A DNA stretch of 63,208 bases, filler included, from Folioceros fuciformis (GCA_049999805.1; 33 parts of 33 records of this genome joined end to end with filler, not necessarily neighbours in it), one strand, 5' to 3'. Numbered from the whole stretch's first letter, positions 35,675 to 49,295 are shown. Translations and numbers: made by a program. Notes: generated by a model from the letters alone, not told the origin.

Positions 35675-36082
35675 AGTGGTTGGAGTGCGCCGGTCGACCG
35701 GCGCACTCTAACCACTGAACCACAGAAGTTGGACAGTCCGGAGGTTGGCTTGGCTAGTGGCCGGAGTGCGCCGGTAGACCGGCGCACTCCAGCCCTAATG
35801 AAAGACTGAGGCCAGACTCAGGCTGGAGTGCGCCCGTAGACCGGCGCCCTCCAGGCACCGTGTAGTCTGTATGACAGTATTTGGCTGGAGTGCGCTGGTC
35901 TGCCGTAGACCAACGCACTCCAGCCAAATACTGCTTAGAAGCAGCCACTCAGGCTAGAGTGCGCCGGTAGACCGACACACTCCAGACAAAGACTCTACCC
36001 TCAGTCTTTCATTAGGGCTGGAAAGCGCCGGTAGACCGGCGCACTCCAGCTATTGACCAAGCCTACCTGTCGACAGTCCAAC
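35675..36082. repeat. Array of six GAGTGCGCCGGT(C/A)GACCGGCGCACTC-type palindromes, five of them inside a ~355-bp inverted repeat; duplicate 36478-36885
   Basis: Units near 35683, 35763, 35824, 35886, 35957 and 36020; arms of 35728-36082 are reverse-complementary around ~35904. Confidence 0.88.
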
Positions 36083-36136
36083 ATTAGCTGAGATTCATGA
36101 AGCAACTGAAAGAAAACTTACCACTTTTGCAAAGGC

Positions 36137-36185
36137 TGTGAACCTCCAAAGTTTGGGGTAGTAGTTTGTTTTGGTTGAAAAAGGG
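36137..36185. mobile_element. Family A terminus, reverse orientation; duplicate 36940-36988
   Basis: TGTGAACCTCCAAAGTTTGGGGTAGTAG...GGTTGAAAAAGGG. Confidence 0.8.
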
Positions 36186-37088
36186 NNNNNNNNNNGTATA
36201 AGGTCTCTTTACCAGAAATCCGCTCATCTCCAGAACGCTTCTTTGTATCACTTGATATTTCGTTTTTTGGTTGCTGTTGGGGACCCTGAACTCTGACAAA
36301 CCAGCATCCATATTGGCATCCGCAAGTTTCTGCTTCTCCTCTTCTAACCGTTTCGAGTTCCTTGTTGAGTACATGTAATCCTGGAACGGCTTGGGCAACA
36401 ATTCCAGGTCGTTTATATCTCCAGGTTTCTGCCAACAAATATCTTTATCAGCAAACTATGTTACTTTCATTAGTTAAAGTGGTTGGAGTGCGCCGGTCGA
36501 CCGGCGCACTCTAACCACTGAACCACAGAAGTTGGACAGTCCGGAGGTTGGCTTGGCTAGTGGCCGGAGTGCGCCGGTAGACCGGCGCACTCCAGCCCTA
36601 ATGAAAGACTGAGGCCAGACTCAGGCTGGAGTGCGCCCGTAGACCGGCGCCCTCCAGGCACCGTGTAGTCTGTATGACAGTATTTGGCTGGAGTGCGCTG
36701 GTCTGCCGTAGACCAACGCACTCCAGCCAAATACTGCTTAGAAGCAGCCACTCAGGCTAGAGTGCGCCGGTAGACCGACACACTCCAGACAAAGACTCTA
36801 CCCTCAGTCTTTCATTAGGGCTGGAAAGCGCCGGTAGACCGGCGCACTCCAGCTATTGACCAAGCCTACCTGTCGACAGTCCAACATTAGCTGAGATTCA
36901 TGAAGCAACTGAAAGAAAACTTACCACTTTTGCAAAGGCTGTGAACCTCCAAAGTTTGGGGTAGTAGTTTGTTTTGGTTGAAAAAGGGNNNNNNNNNNNN
37001 NNNNNNNNNNNNNNNNNNNNNNNNNNNNNNNNTTAATTAATTAANNNNNNNNNNNNNNNNNNNNNNNNNNNNNNNNNNNNNNNNNNNN

Positions 37089-37993
37089 TTATTCTAATAT
37101 TATAGAGTTCTTAGGTACTAAAGTATATTCTTCTAAGTCTTTTAGCTTATTATTAGTTTCTAGTCTTATAGAGCTTAGTTTATTTAACTATATAATTTAT
37201 TCTAAAAAAGTTTTATTATTAAATCTATTTTTAATCTTCTAGTCTAGATATTTTATATATAGCTAGTATATATATATCTACTAATTAAAATTCTAGTAGT
37301 TTCTATTAATTATAATATACTAATATATATCTTATTTAGATATTTATTTTAAAAAGAAATCTATATTTCTTTTATTCTATAGGTACTATCTATACTTATT
37401 ATTATAATAGTTATATTATTACTATTTATATCTTTCTCTAGATATTAGAAAGTAGCTACTATTCTACTTAGTCTAGTAGTAGGTTTTATATATATTATAG
37501 TAGTAAAACTAGTAATTTAAAGAATTATAAGTTAAGTTTTAGTAATTATTATTATAGTAAGAGTATTCTATATAGTAAATTAGTTTATATATTTATTATA
37601 AACTTAGAGTAAGATAGTATAGTAAGTTATTTATAAAGAAATAACAGCTAGTTAACTCTACGTATAAGTAACGCGAGAATAGTTATATAACTCTCTCGGA
37701 CTCTTATATACGAGAAAAAACTTAGTATTAGTCCTCTATATAGAATATACAAGAAATTCTCGAACTTCTCTAAGTAAGAAAAGTAAGAGATATAAGTATA
37801 TAAATCTTATAATTTAATATTAGTAGAATATTATAATTAACTTAGTTATTTAACTTAAGTACTATACTTAAGACTACTTAGTTATTTTAACTCTTATTTA
37901 TTAAATTTACTCTATCTATAAAACTTAACTTAAGTACTACTATACTTAATACCTATATTTATTATATATCTTAAGTACTTTATATATTCTTAG
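37089..37993. other. AT-rich contig with a repeat-induced point mutation (RIP) signature, probably ascomycete; duplicate 38004-38908
   Basis: By-eye count over 905 nt: no TG, 2 CA and 6 CG dinucleotides, with abundant TA, TAG and CTA. Confidence 0.8.
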
Positions 37994-40900
37994 NNNNNNN
38001 NNNTTATTCTAATATTATAGAGTTCTTAGGTACTAAAGTATATTCTTCTAAGTCTTTTAGCTTATTATTAGTTTCTAGTCTTATAGAGCTTAGTTTATTT
38101 AACTATATAATTTATTCTAAAAAAGTTTTATTATTAAATCTATTTTTAATCTTCTAGTCTAGATATTTTATATATAGCTAGTATATATATATCTACTAAT
38201 TAAAATTCTAGTAGTTTCTATTAATTATAATATACTAATATATATCTTATTTAGATATTTATTTTAAAAAGAAATCTATATTTCTTTTATTCTATAGGTA
38301 CTATCTATACTTATTATTATAATAGTTATATTATTACTATTTATATCTTTCTCTAGATATTAGAAAGTAGCTACTATTCTACTTAGTCTAGTAGTAGGTT
38401 TTATATATATTATAGTAGTAAAACTAGTAATTTAAAGAATTATAAGTTAAGTTTTAGTAATTATTATTATAGTAAGAGTATTCTATATAGTAAATTAGTT
38501 TATATATTTATTATAAACTTAGAGTAAGATAGTATAGTAAGTTATTTATAAAGAAATAACAGCTAGTTAACTCTACGTATAAGTAACGCGAGAATAGTTA
38601 TATAACTCTCTCGGACTCTTATATACGAGAAAAAACTTAGTATTAGTCCTCTATATAGAATATACAAGAAATTCTCGAACTTCTCTAAGTAAGAAAAGTA
38701 AGAGATATAAGTATATAAATCTTATAATTTAATATTAGTAGAATATTATAATTAACTTAGTTATTTAACTTAAGTACTATACTTAAGACTACTTAGTTAT
38801 TTTAACTCTTATTTATTAAATTTACTCTATCTATAAAACTTAACTTAAGTACTACTATACTTAATACCTATATTTATTATATATCTTAAGTACTTTATAT
38901 ATTCTTAGNNNNNNNNNNNNNNNNNNNNNNNNNNNNNNNNNNNNNNNNNNNNTTAATTAATTAANNNNNNNNNNNNNNNNNNNNNNNNNNNNNNNNNNNN
39001 NNNNNNNNACCTGAATGCTCAGCTGGGAGTACTTTTCCGCCGCTTCCACCACAACACTCCCATCCCGCCCTCCAGTGAGCACCTCCTCCTAAGCAGACTC
39101 AGGAGTCGTGGCCTCCCCGTCCATGATTTCAGTCCCAACCAGCATTCACAATGTGTGATGTAGCCAAGCGCTTGGCACTCCTGAGGTGAGGGAGGTCCTT
39201 GCACAACGTCGGAGACCTTCCGATCGAAACACCAGCGCTAGCGCGAAGTCAGGATTGGACTCCGTTTGCTAGGGCGCGCATTGAAGCAAAATACACAGGT
39301 CCCGTCCTCATCATGATGATCACCCTGCAACAGCGTTCAACACCTGGCACTCTTGATGCCAGACTCCACAACAAAATCACACATCCAAGTCCAAACACGC
39401 TTGCTGTGATCAAGTTCTGGCACGATCATAAGTCGTGGAAATGAGCTTAGCCGTGGCATTCTGCAGCCGTCCTAGCAAGAAATCGCTCTTCCCGACTTTC
39501 CGGCAGCAGCTGTCGGCAGGAACAGAAAAGGAGACAAGAGGAAGCCCGCTCGTGCTCGCGCAAAGCACTATTGCTGAGCTCAGTCGATTCCAGAGGTTTC
39601 ACAGGTGAAGCCCTACTTTCTTAGAGGCAAAAGAAACCATCTCCACCACAAACCAACACGAATTATGTTAGCAGAGAGGATTAGTTGGACAGGCCAGGAG
39701 TCTAAACTCACATCTGCCTGTCCCCCACTCGCCGATGCTTAGCAATGCTCAATTAGGGGTAGGCTCAGAGGGTAACCCCTTTTATTTCAACCTGTTATTT
39801 ATTTGTCCCAAGGGCAAAGTGTAGGCAAATGATGGGATGAGTGGTAGTCGATTGCGTGTTNNNNNNNNNNNNNNNNNNNNNNNNNNNNNNNNNNNNNNNN
39901 NNNNNNNNNNNNNNNNNNNNNNNNNNNNNNNNNNNNNNNNNNNNNNNNNNNNNNNNNNNNGAACGCAGACACTGGTGAGGAGACATTTGATTGCACGGCT
40001 AAAGCAATGCAAAACAAGGTGAGTGTCTGCACCTATACGTTTCTTACACAGCAGGATGCGAGTGTTCGAAGAAAACGTGTCTGGCAAGCACAGCCTGTTG
40101 CAGGAGGCGAAACCTTCAGCCTCCGATGTGGCAAGGCGGTTCAGGTTCAAGTCGTAGGCAGAGCCTGCCAGCAGGGTGTCAGTCAGCTCGCTCCCACTCG
40201 TTGAGTAGGATAAGGACGAGGAGGGTGGAAGAGGCGTGATCTTTTCCCAAGGCCCAGATCTTGACTGACGTCTTTGTATATAATATTATGCATTGTCCTG
40301 CTGCAAGGAAGGTGGTGCCAGCACTAGGTATCATAACCTTTTGTTTCCACCCAATCTTGTGTGTAGATTGATGGAACCTGCAATGCATTGTATATGATTG
40401 TGAGATTCCTGGTCCTTGTACACTTGTCGTATGCGAGAGGAGAAGGTAATTTCGAAGTCGTGGTGCAGTGTACGATGAAGGCCACCATGTCAAATAGCAC
40501 TTACTGATCACCACATTGTGGGCGAGGGATGAAGTTGCTGGGTTCTCAGGGCATGTGGTGCAGGCGCAGGAAAGCGTTTTGCAGACGTCATCATTTGGTA
40601 GCCATGTCATTCACACGCACTGTGCTAAGGTGAGTGCATGACTGTGAAGTCACCGACGATCTCAAGTTGGAACAGAGTTGTGCAAGCGTTAATAGCCTGA
40701 AGCTGGTGAGGTGATGGTAAGTTTAGGGTGATGGAGGAAGGTGGTGGGATAGTGTAGCTCTCCCTCTCCACACCCCGCTCACTTGTCGACCACGGGTGGA
40801 GAAAGTCAGTAAATTTTTTCTATCGTGGACGACTCCGATGTGCTGTCAGATGCACAGGCGCCGTACCGGCGAATGGGTCCAGGAAGTTGATGAAAAGATG

Positions 40901-41026
40901 CCAAGACGCGTGGCAGGGCCTGGGGANNNNNNNNNNNNNNNNNNNNNNNNNNNNNNNNNNNNNNNNNNNNTTAATTAATTAANNNNNNNNNNNNNNNNNN
41001 NNNNNNNNNNNNNNNNNNNNNNNNNN

Positions 41027-41923
41027 GTGTCGCAGACCGTGAGCAATGCCGACATGGCCCAGGTCTCCGGCGTCGAGGTTCTGCGCTTCCACTACGCTGT
41101 TTCGATAACACAGGATGCGAGCCTGACATCGCTTGCGGGCTATGACTATGCGCTCGGCGACACCAGCAGCGCTTCGTTGACGGGACTGGCGAATGGCACC
41201 TCTATCGAAATGGTCGATAGTGTCAGAAGCGTTGCGCTTGCCTTGGCTTCCTCTTCCGGCAACGATGACAGCCTGACCCTTAAGATGTCAGCAGCAGGCG
41301 CTCTTGTCGGAACTCTGCAGGATATCGTCGGCCTTGAAACCCTCAACATTGTCACAGAGGCTGCTACGTCCTCTTCCTCCACTTTGTCCGCTTTGGCTTA
41401 CGACAATGTTACCGCCAGGCATGTTATCAGCGGCAGCGGAATGCTGTCCATCAGAACTACGCATGGCGGTAGTTTCGACGCTTCCGCCATGACCGGAGAT
41501 TTTAATCTATCCGGCGATTTTTCAGCTGCCGTTAACGTCAAGGGCAGCTCGGGCGTCGACACCATCACCCTCGGCGCCTATGCGGATACCGTAGATACAG
41601 GCAGCGGCAATGACTTCATTCTCCTGAGCGAGCGTGGCTACGCAAATAGGCCCTCCGGTGGCGATATCATTACCACCGGCGAGGGCAATGATCGGATCTA
41701 TTTTTTCAGCAGCGACGCGAACGGAACCGGAGCGGCGGCGGATTATTCCAACTTTGCCCGTATCACCGATTTCCATGTCGGAACCCCGGAAACCGGCCAG
41801 GATGTCCTCGTCTTAAGTTCTGGTACCGTTTATTCCCTGACCTCGGCGAATGGAACCGGCACGCGGCAGGATTATCTGTCCCAAGGAAACAACGACGTCA
41901 TATCCATTGGCAGTGGGATCGTC
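41027..41923 (+). CDS. Internal fragment of a bacterial S-layer/RTX-like calcium-binding secreted protein
   Basis: 299 open codons; S/T/A/G/D rich; FDASAMTG, KGSSGVDTITLG, DTVDTGSGNDFI, DIITTGEGNDRI repeats followed by ITDF...DVLVLS. Confidence 0.8.
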
Positions 41924-41933
41924 NNNNNNNNNN

Positions 41934-42830
41934 GTGTCGCAGACCGTGAGCAATGCCGACATGGCCCAGGTCTCCGGCGTCGAGGTTCTGCGCTTCCACT
42001 ACGCTGTTTCGATAACACAGGATGCGAGCCTGACATCGCTTGCGGGCTATGACTATGCGCTCGGCGACACCAGCAGCGCTTCGTTGACGGGACTGGCGAA
42101 TGGCACCTCTATCGAAATGGTCGATAGTGTCAGAAGCGTTGCGCTTGCCTTGGCTTCCTCTTCCGGCAACGATGACAGCCTGACCCTTAAGATGTCAGCA
42201 GCAGGCGCTCTTGTCGGAACTCTGCAGGATATCGTCGGCCTTGAAACCCTCAACATTGTCACAGAGGCTGCTACGTCCTCTTCCTCCACTTTGTCCGCTT
42301 TGGCTTACGACAATGTTACCGCCAGGCATGTTATCAGCGGCAGCGGAATGCTGTCCATCAGAACTACGCATGGCGGTAGTTTCGACGCTTCCGCCATGAC
42401 CGGAGATTTTAATCTATCCGGCGATTTTTCAGCTGCCGTTAACGTCAAGGGCAGCTCGGGCGTCGACACCATCACCCTCGGCGCCTATGCGGATACCGTA
42501 GATACAGGCAGCGGCAATGACTTCATTCTCCTGAGCGAGCGTGGCTACGCAAATAGGCCCTCCGGTGGCGATATCATTACCACCGGCGAGGGCAATGATC
42601 GGATCTATTTTTTCAGCAGCGACGCGAACGGAACCGGAGCGGCGGCGGATTATTCCAACTTTGCCCGTATCACCGATTTCCATGTCGGAACCCCGGAAAC
42701 CGGCCAGGATGTCCTCGTCTTAAGTTCTGGTACCGTTTATTCCCTGACCTCGGCGAATGGAACCGGCACGCGGCAGGATTATCTGTCCCAAGGAAACAAC
42801 GACGTCATATCCATTGGCAGTGGGATCGTC
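41934..42830 (+). CDS. Exact duplicate of the S-layer/RTX-like fragment
   Basis: Identical to 41027-41923. Confidence 0.75.
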
Positions 42831-45800
42831 NNNNNNNNNNNNNNNNNNNNNNNNNNNNNNNNNNNNNNNNNNNNTTAATTAATTAANNNNNNNNNNNNNN
42901 NNNNNNNNNNNNNNNNNNNNNNNNNNNNNNTCTGGTTTAATAAATATTTTATCTATATTAATGTATATATATTTATATAAATAAATATATATTTTTTGTA
43001 TTTTAAAATTTATTTGGATGATGTTAGTAATCTTTGGCCAAATAGACACATATTCAAAAGAACTGTAGGATTGAGCATCTTGCATTCTAATAGTTACTTA
43101 GATGGATTTGTAAAGGGAAAGATCCATTTTAGAGTAGTTTGTTAAGTATAACATGGTGCAAGTTGTTAAAGTACTAAATCTTGTGACGGAAATATGTCTT
43201 TTGCATATTCTAGTAGAATCCTTCTTCTTCTCACTCACAGATTAAGATAAAATATCAATCATTTTGATTTAAAATATGTCTTATAAATGAAAAAAAACAA
43301 AGTTTATCTAGGTAGCATTCGTAAAGTATTGTTGTATATTTATTTATGTTGGAATTTTATCATTTCATTTAATCTTCCAAGGCATAATATAAAGAGTATT
43401 TTAATAAAAATTAAAACTCCATTTGATCGTGGACAAATTGATATAGGCTTTATCAAGCTAAAGAAACTAGATACAAAAACCTTGAAACTGGGTTGGAAAT
43501 TACTACATAAAAAGAAACAATTTAAGGCAATCTGACAACTATTGCCAACTCTTTATTTTAAAAAAATTAATTTATAGTTATCTTCAAAAATAGTTAAAAT
43601 AGAATAAAATAAATAAAAATCGAAGATAGGGTTCGATAAATACATTGGGTCGGATATAGTTTAGGTCGGTTCCAGAATAGTTCAGGCCTGGCCCAATGTA
43701 GTNNNNNNNNNNTCTGGTTTAATAAATATTTTATCTATATTAATGTATATATATTTATATAAATAAATATATATTTTTTGTATTTTAAAATTTATTTGGA
43801 TGATGTTAGTAATCTTTGGCCAAATAGACACATATTCAAAAGAACTGTAGGATTGAGCATCTTGCATTCTAATAGTTACTTAGATGGATTTGTAAAGGGA
43901 AAGATCCATTTTAGAGTAGTTTGTTAAGTATAACATGGTGCAAGTTGTTAAAGTACTAAATCTTGTGACGGAAATATGTCTTTTGCATATTCTAGTAGAA
44001 TCCTTCTTCTTCTCACTCACAGATTAAGATAAAATATCAATCATTTTGATTTAAAATATGTCTTATAAATGAAAAAAAACAAAGTTTATCTAGGTAGCAT
44101 TCGTAAAGTATTGTTGTATATTTATTTATGTTGGAATTTTATCATTTCATTTAATCTTCCAAGGCATAATATAAAGAGTATTTTAATAAAAATTAAAACT
44201 CCATTTGATCGTGGACAAATTGATATAGGCTTTATCAAGCTAAAGAAACTAGATACAAAAACCTTGAAACTGGGTTGGAAATTACTACATAAAAAGAAAC
44301 AATTTAAGGCAATCTGACAACTATTGCCAACTCTTTATTTTAAAAAAATTAATTTATAGTTATCTTCAAAAATAGTTAAAATAGAATAAAATAAATAAAA
44401 ATCGAAGATAGGGTTCGATAAATACATTGGGTCGGATATAGTTTAGGTCGGTTCCAGAATAGTTCAGGCCTGGCCCAATGTAGTNNNNNNNNNNNNNNNN
44501 NNNNNNNNNNNNNNNNNNNNNNNNNNNNTTAATTAATTAANNNNNNNNNNNNNNNNNNNNNNNNNNNNNNNNNNNNNNNNNNNNGACGATGGTGATGATG
44601 ACATGGGGCTGGTGCCGGCCTGGGGCTGGCTGGGGCTGGGGCTGGGGCTGGAGCTGGGGCTCGGCTTGAGATGGGGCCAGGACGGGCCCAGGACGGAAGG
44701 AGGGGCAGGGGCTTGGGAGAGAGACACAAAAGGGGAAGAAGCGCAAGGAAAGGGTAGGGGAGGCCCGAAAGTGGGAAAAGGAAAGGGAAAGGGAAGGGAG
44801 AGAAAGAGCGGGGCAAAGCAAGCAGCAGCAGTCAGTGGGGACTCGGGACGCGACTCGAGTCGGAGTCGGAGCCGGGCTCGGCCCAGCCCAGAGGAGAGAG
44901 CCGGATCACTCGCGCGCGCTTGCGCCCTGCGCTCTGCGCTGCGTCCTTGGAGAGGGGAAGGGAGCCCAGTGGTGGCGAGCAGGGTCGAGGGCAAGGCAAG
45001 ACGAGGGGAAGGCGGAAGGGAGGAAGCACGGACGGACGGACAGAAGGAAGGAAGGAAGGAAAGCTTGTCAAGGGAAAAAGGAGGAGAAGAAGCTCGCAAG
45101 GCGCGCTGGCTATGGCGTCCGCGGCAGCAGCAGCAGCGGCGTCCATGGCTACCACTCTGCCTCCTTCCCAACAGCTCCTGCCGCCGGCAGCCTGACGCCG
45201 CCTCCTCCCGCACGCACACGGACAGAGGCTCACGCCACGCTCTGCTGCCGCTGCCGCGGCCGCTGCCTCCATCGTTGTGCATTTCAGGACCAGCTGCCGC
45301 CGCTGCGCAATTTGGAGCAGATACGAGTAGGCCTGGCAGCGGGGAGCAGCCGCTGCCGGGGTTGCCCGGGGATGATGTTGCTGCACATCGCCGGATGGTG
45401 TGGTAGGGGAGGGCAAGGGAAGGGAAGGGGAGGACAGGGAAAGGGAAAGGGAAGGTAGGAAGGGAGGGAAAGGGGAAAGGAGAAAGGGAACATTGGCCTT
45501 GGGAGGAGGAGGAGGAGGCAGTTGCTGGATGAGGTCGGGGCNNNNNNNNNNGACGATGGTGATGATGACATGGGGCTGGTGCCGGCCTGGGGCTGGCTGG
45601 GGCTGGGGCTGGGGCTGGAGCTGGGGCTCGGCTTGAGATGGGGCCAGGACGGGCCCAGGACGGAAGGAGGGGCAGGGGCTTGGGAGAGAGACACAAAAGG
45701 GGAAGAAGCGCAAGGAAAGGGTAGGGGAGGCCCGAAAGTGGGAAAAGGAAAGGGAAAGGGAAGGGAGAGAAAGAGCGGGGCAAAGCAAGCAGCAGCAGTC

Positions 45801-48330
45801 AGTGGGGACTCGGGACGCGACTCGAGTCGGAGTCGGAGCCGGGCTCGGCCCAGCCCAGAGGAGAGAGCCGGATCACTCGCGCGCGCTTGCGCCCTGCGCT
45901 CTGCGCTGCGTCCTTGGAGAGGGGAAGGGAGCCCAGTGGTGGCGAGCAGGGTCGAGGGCAAGGCAAGACGAGGGGAAGGCGGAAGGGAGGAAGCACGGAC
46001 GGACGGACAGAAGGAAGGAAGGAAGGAAAGCTTGTCAAGGGAAAAAGGAGGAGAAGAAGCTCGCAAGGCGCGCTGGCTATGGCGTCCGCGGCAGCAGCAG
46101 CAGCGGCGTCCATGGCTACCACTCTGCCTCCTTCCCAACAGCTCCTGCCGCCGGCAGCCTGACGCCGCCTCCTCCCGCACGCACACGGACAGAGGCTCAC
46201 GCCACGCTCTGCTGCCGCTGCCGCGGCCGCTGCCTCCATCGTTGTGCATTTCAGGACCAGCTGCCGCCGCTGCGCAATTTGGAGCAGATACGAGTAGGCC
46301 TGGCAGCGGGGAGCAGCCGCTGCCGGGGTTGCCCGGGGATGATGTTGCTGCACATCGCCGGATGGTGTGGTAGGGGAGGGCAAGGGAAGGGAAGGGGAGG
46401 ACAGGGAAAGGGAAAGGGAAGGTAGGAAGGGAGGGAAAGGGGAAAGGAGAAAGGGAACATTGGCCTTGGGAGGAGGAGGAGGAGGCAGTTGCTGGATGAG
46501 GTCGGGGCNNNNNNNNNNNNNNNNNNNNNNNNNNNNNNNNNNNNNNNNNNNNTTAATTAATTAANNNNNNNNNNNNNNNNNNNNNNNNNNNNNNNNNNNN
46601 NNNNNNNNGTTGCCTTTTGACGTTGTCTTACTTTCTGCAAGTGAACCAAACAAAGGTAAATATCCGCCACTTGAAAGGTAAAGAAGAATTGAGAGCTCTC
46701 CTCTTAGCCACCTGGTTGCTTAGGCCATCTAAGAAGATTAGGTTGCAAAGTCAATTACCAATTCTCCATCAAGCGGAACGAGCAATGTGTTAGAGGCTTG
46801 CTTATGGAAACCAATTGAGCATTTTGCTCTTCCTAGATAAGCCACTGTCTTGCTTGTGAGGATCTTGTCAAGACTGTGATGGGGTGCAAGGATTGTTTCC
46901 TTCTGCCCTACTCTTGTGCCTCCAAGAGTCCCTCTGGCGAAGGAACCCGAACTAACCCTAAAAGACCAAGATACTCCATTGTCTGCTTATATGGAAACCT
47001 ACATTGTCCGGATCAAGAGATACTCCTCACCCTCCATGTCAAAAATTCCCTCCTAGTTATCCATGCCATAGGCACCCCATAAGCACCCCATGACTCCTCA
47101 ACAACATTTCATGTTCAAGTTTGATTCTATTAAAATACATATATTACTATATTTCATTACACTTCATCGAGGTATTTTCTATGATTGAAAAAGAGATGGA
47201 AAGTCCCATCTACTCCGAAGATTGGAGGAACAACCCCATTAGGGCCAAAGGGAAAAAACAGAGGTACTCTCCCCTGTGAATATCATTTTCAAAAACTACC
47301 TACTGCTCCCAAAATGTCATGATGTGGAATAACAAAAAGCCTACCTACCACCGGTGCCGAAGAAGTTGCTTGACCTGCGCTTGTTGCTGTTCTAAAAACT
47401 GCATTGGCCAATGCNNNNNNNNNNGTTGCCTTTTGACGTTGTCTTACTTTCTGCAAGTGAACCAAACAAAGGTAAATATCCGCCACTTGAAAGGTAAAGA
47501 AGAATTGAGAGCTCTCCTCTTAGCCACCTGGTTGCTTAGGCCATCTAAGAAGATTAGGTTGCAAAGTCAATTACCAATTCTCCATCAAGCGGAACGAGCA
47601 ATGTGTTAGAGGCTTGCTTATGGAAACCAATTGAGCATTTTGCTCTTCCTAGATAAGCCACTGTCTTGCTTGTGAGGATCTTGTCAAGACTGTGATGGGG
47701 TGCAAGGATTGTTTCCTTCTGCCCTACTCTTGTGCCTCCAAGAGTCCCTCTGGCGAAGGAACCCGAACTAACCCTAAAAGACCAAGATACTCCATTGTCT
47801 GCTTATATGGAAACCTACATTGTCCGGATCAAGAGATACTCCTCACCCTCCATGTCAAAAATTCCCTCCTAGTTATCCATGCCATAGGCACCCCATAAGC
47901 ACCCCATGACTCCTCAACAACATTTCATGTTCAAGTTTGATTCTATTAAAATACATATATTACTATATTTCATTACACTTCATCGAGGTATTTTCTATGA
48001 TTGAAAAAGAGATGGAAAGTCCCATCTACTCCGAAGATTGGAGGAACAACCCCATTAGGGCCAAAGGGAAAAAACAGAGGTACTCTCCCCTGTGAATATC
48101 ATTTTCAAAAACTACCTACTGCTCCCAAAATGTCATGATGTGGAATAACAAAAAGCCTACCTACCACCGGTGCCGAAGAAGTTGCTTGACCTGCGCTTGT
48201 TGCTGTTCTAAAAACTGCATTGGCCAATGCNNNNNNNNNNNNNNNNNNNNNNNNNNNNNNNNNNNNNNNNNNNNTTAATTAATTAANNNNNNNNNNNNNN
48301 NNNNNNNNNNNNNNNNNNNNNNNNNNNNNN

Positions 48331-48881
48331 GGGTTATGGCCACACTCTATAGTGTTGTGGTGACTAGATAAGCATCAGTGTTTGAGCTGATTGAGCTCTT
48401 GCATGTTGTTCACCTTCCCGTGTCTTGTAAAATATTTCCTCAATAAAGGCTAGATCCATATATTTCTAACATGGTATCGAAGCCAAATTTTAGAGCCTAG
48501 TAGTTTTCTCTTGGTCATTATAGTTGTGTACTCGTGTCAACACTTCTTTTGCATAGTTCTTAGCGAAGTGCTAGAAAGAACTCGTGTGCAAATTGTGAAG
48601 GTATTGATAATATTCATTCTATAGCAAGAGGTTGAAATTTCAAGAGGTTATAATCGATGGCGTCAACAAGCATGGAGACATGTTTCATTGAGACACGCTC
48701 GGTGGAGAAGTTTGGAGGCAAGAACTTCATACTATGGAAGTTAAAGATGAAGATGCTTCAAATTGAGAGAGGAGTATGGAAATTCATCGACAAAGGCCTC
48801 TAAGACACACCTACCGAAGGAGACCTTGATAAGGATGGATGATCATTAGCTGCAATTCTTCTTAATGTGTCTGATGACATA
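48331..48881 (+). mobile_element. Degenerate Ty1/Copia element: LTR end, Met-type PBS (48472-48484), gag start at 48657
   Basis: ...CTAACA-TGGTATCGAAGCC; MASTS...VEKFGGKNFILWKLKMKMLQIERGVWKFID, then stops, then SLAAILLNVSDDI. Confidence 0.82.
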
Positions 48882-49295
48882 TGTGGAACGGAAAGGTTTG
48901 GTAGTCGGTCTAGGAAAGTCTAACTTGGCTTCTTCTTGTTCAGAATAGTTCGAAGGGAGGCATGTGAAAGGTACGTTTCTGGGCAAGTGCCCTTGGTAGG
49001 TAGTGAAGGTTTTTATGGATTTTTTTTAGTTCCATTCTGGTAGGTTAGGATAAGAAAATCATTACGTAGTAGGATGTGTACCTGCATACGTAGAGAGAGT
49101 ACCTACGTAGTGAAAATGGAAGATACCTACGTAGGTAGGAAAGGTACATTTCAAAAATCAATGCATTGTGGAGGGTATCAACNNNNNNNNNNNNNNNNNN
49201 NNNNNNNNNNNNNNNNNNNNNNNNNNNNNNNNNNNNNNNNNNNNNNNNNNNNNNNNNNNNNNNNNNNNNNNNNNNNNNNNNNATATATATCAATG

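Noticed and set aside
35683-36050. CRISPR array (palindromic ~26-bp repeats with ~35-50-nt spacers)
   Set aside because: Spacers are mirror copies of each other, repeats are degenerate, there are no cas genes, and the context is a plant TE end.
39009-40926. Spliced eukaryotic gene fragments on a mid-GC scaffold
   Set aside because: Some splice-like motifs are present, but I could not build a consistent frame or recognise a family.
41027-42830. Horizontal transfer of bacterial genes into the plant genome
   Set aside because: Bacterial contigs touch plant DNA only through artificial linkers.
44585-45541. Long overlapping ORFs on a GC-rich contig
   Set aside because: Low-complexity purine tracts and GCA/GGGGCT repeats keep several frames open; no domain recognised.
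46609-47080. LINE ORF2 C-terminal remnant on the minus strand (WRIGN*LCNLIF resembles W-x-IW-x-x-RN-x-x-IF)
   Set aside because: One weak motif in a frame with many stops; not enough to call.
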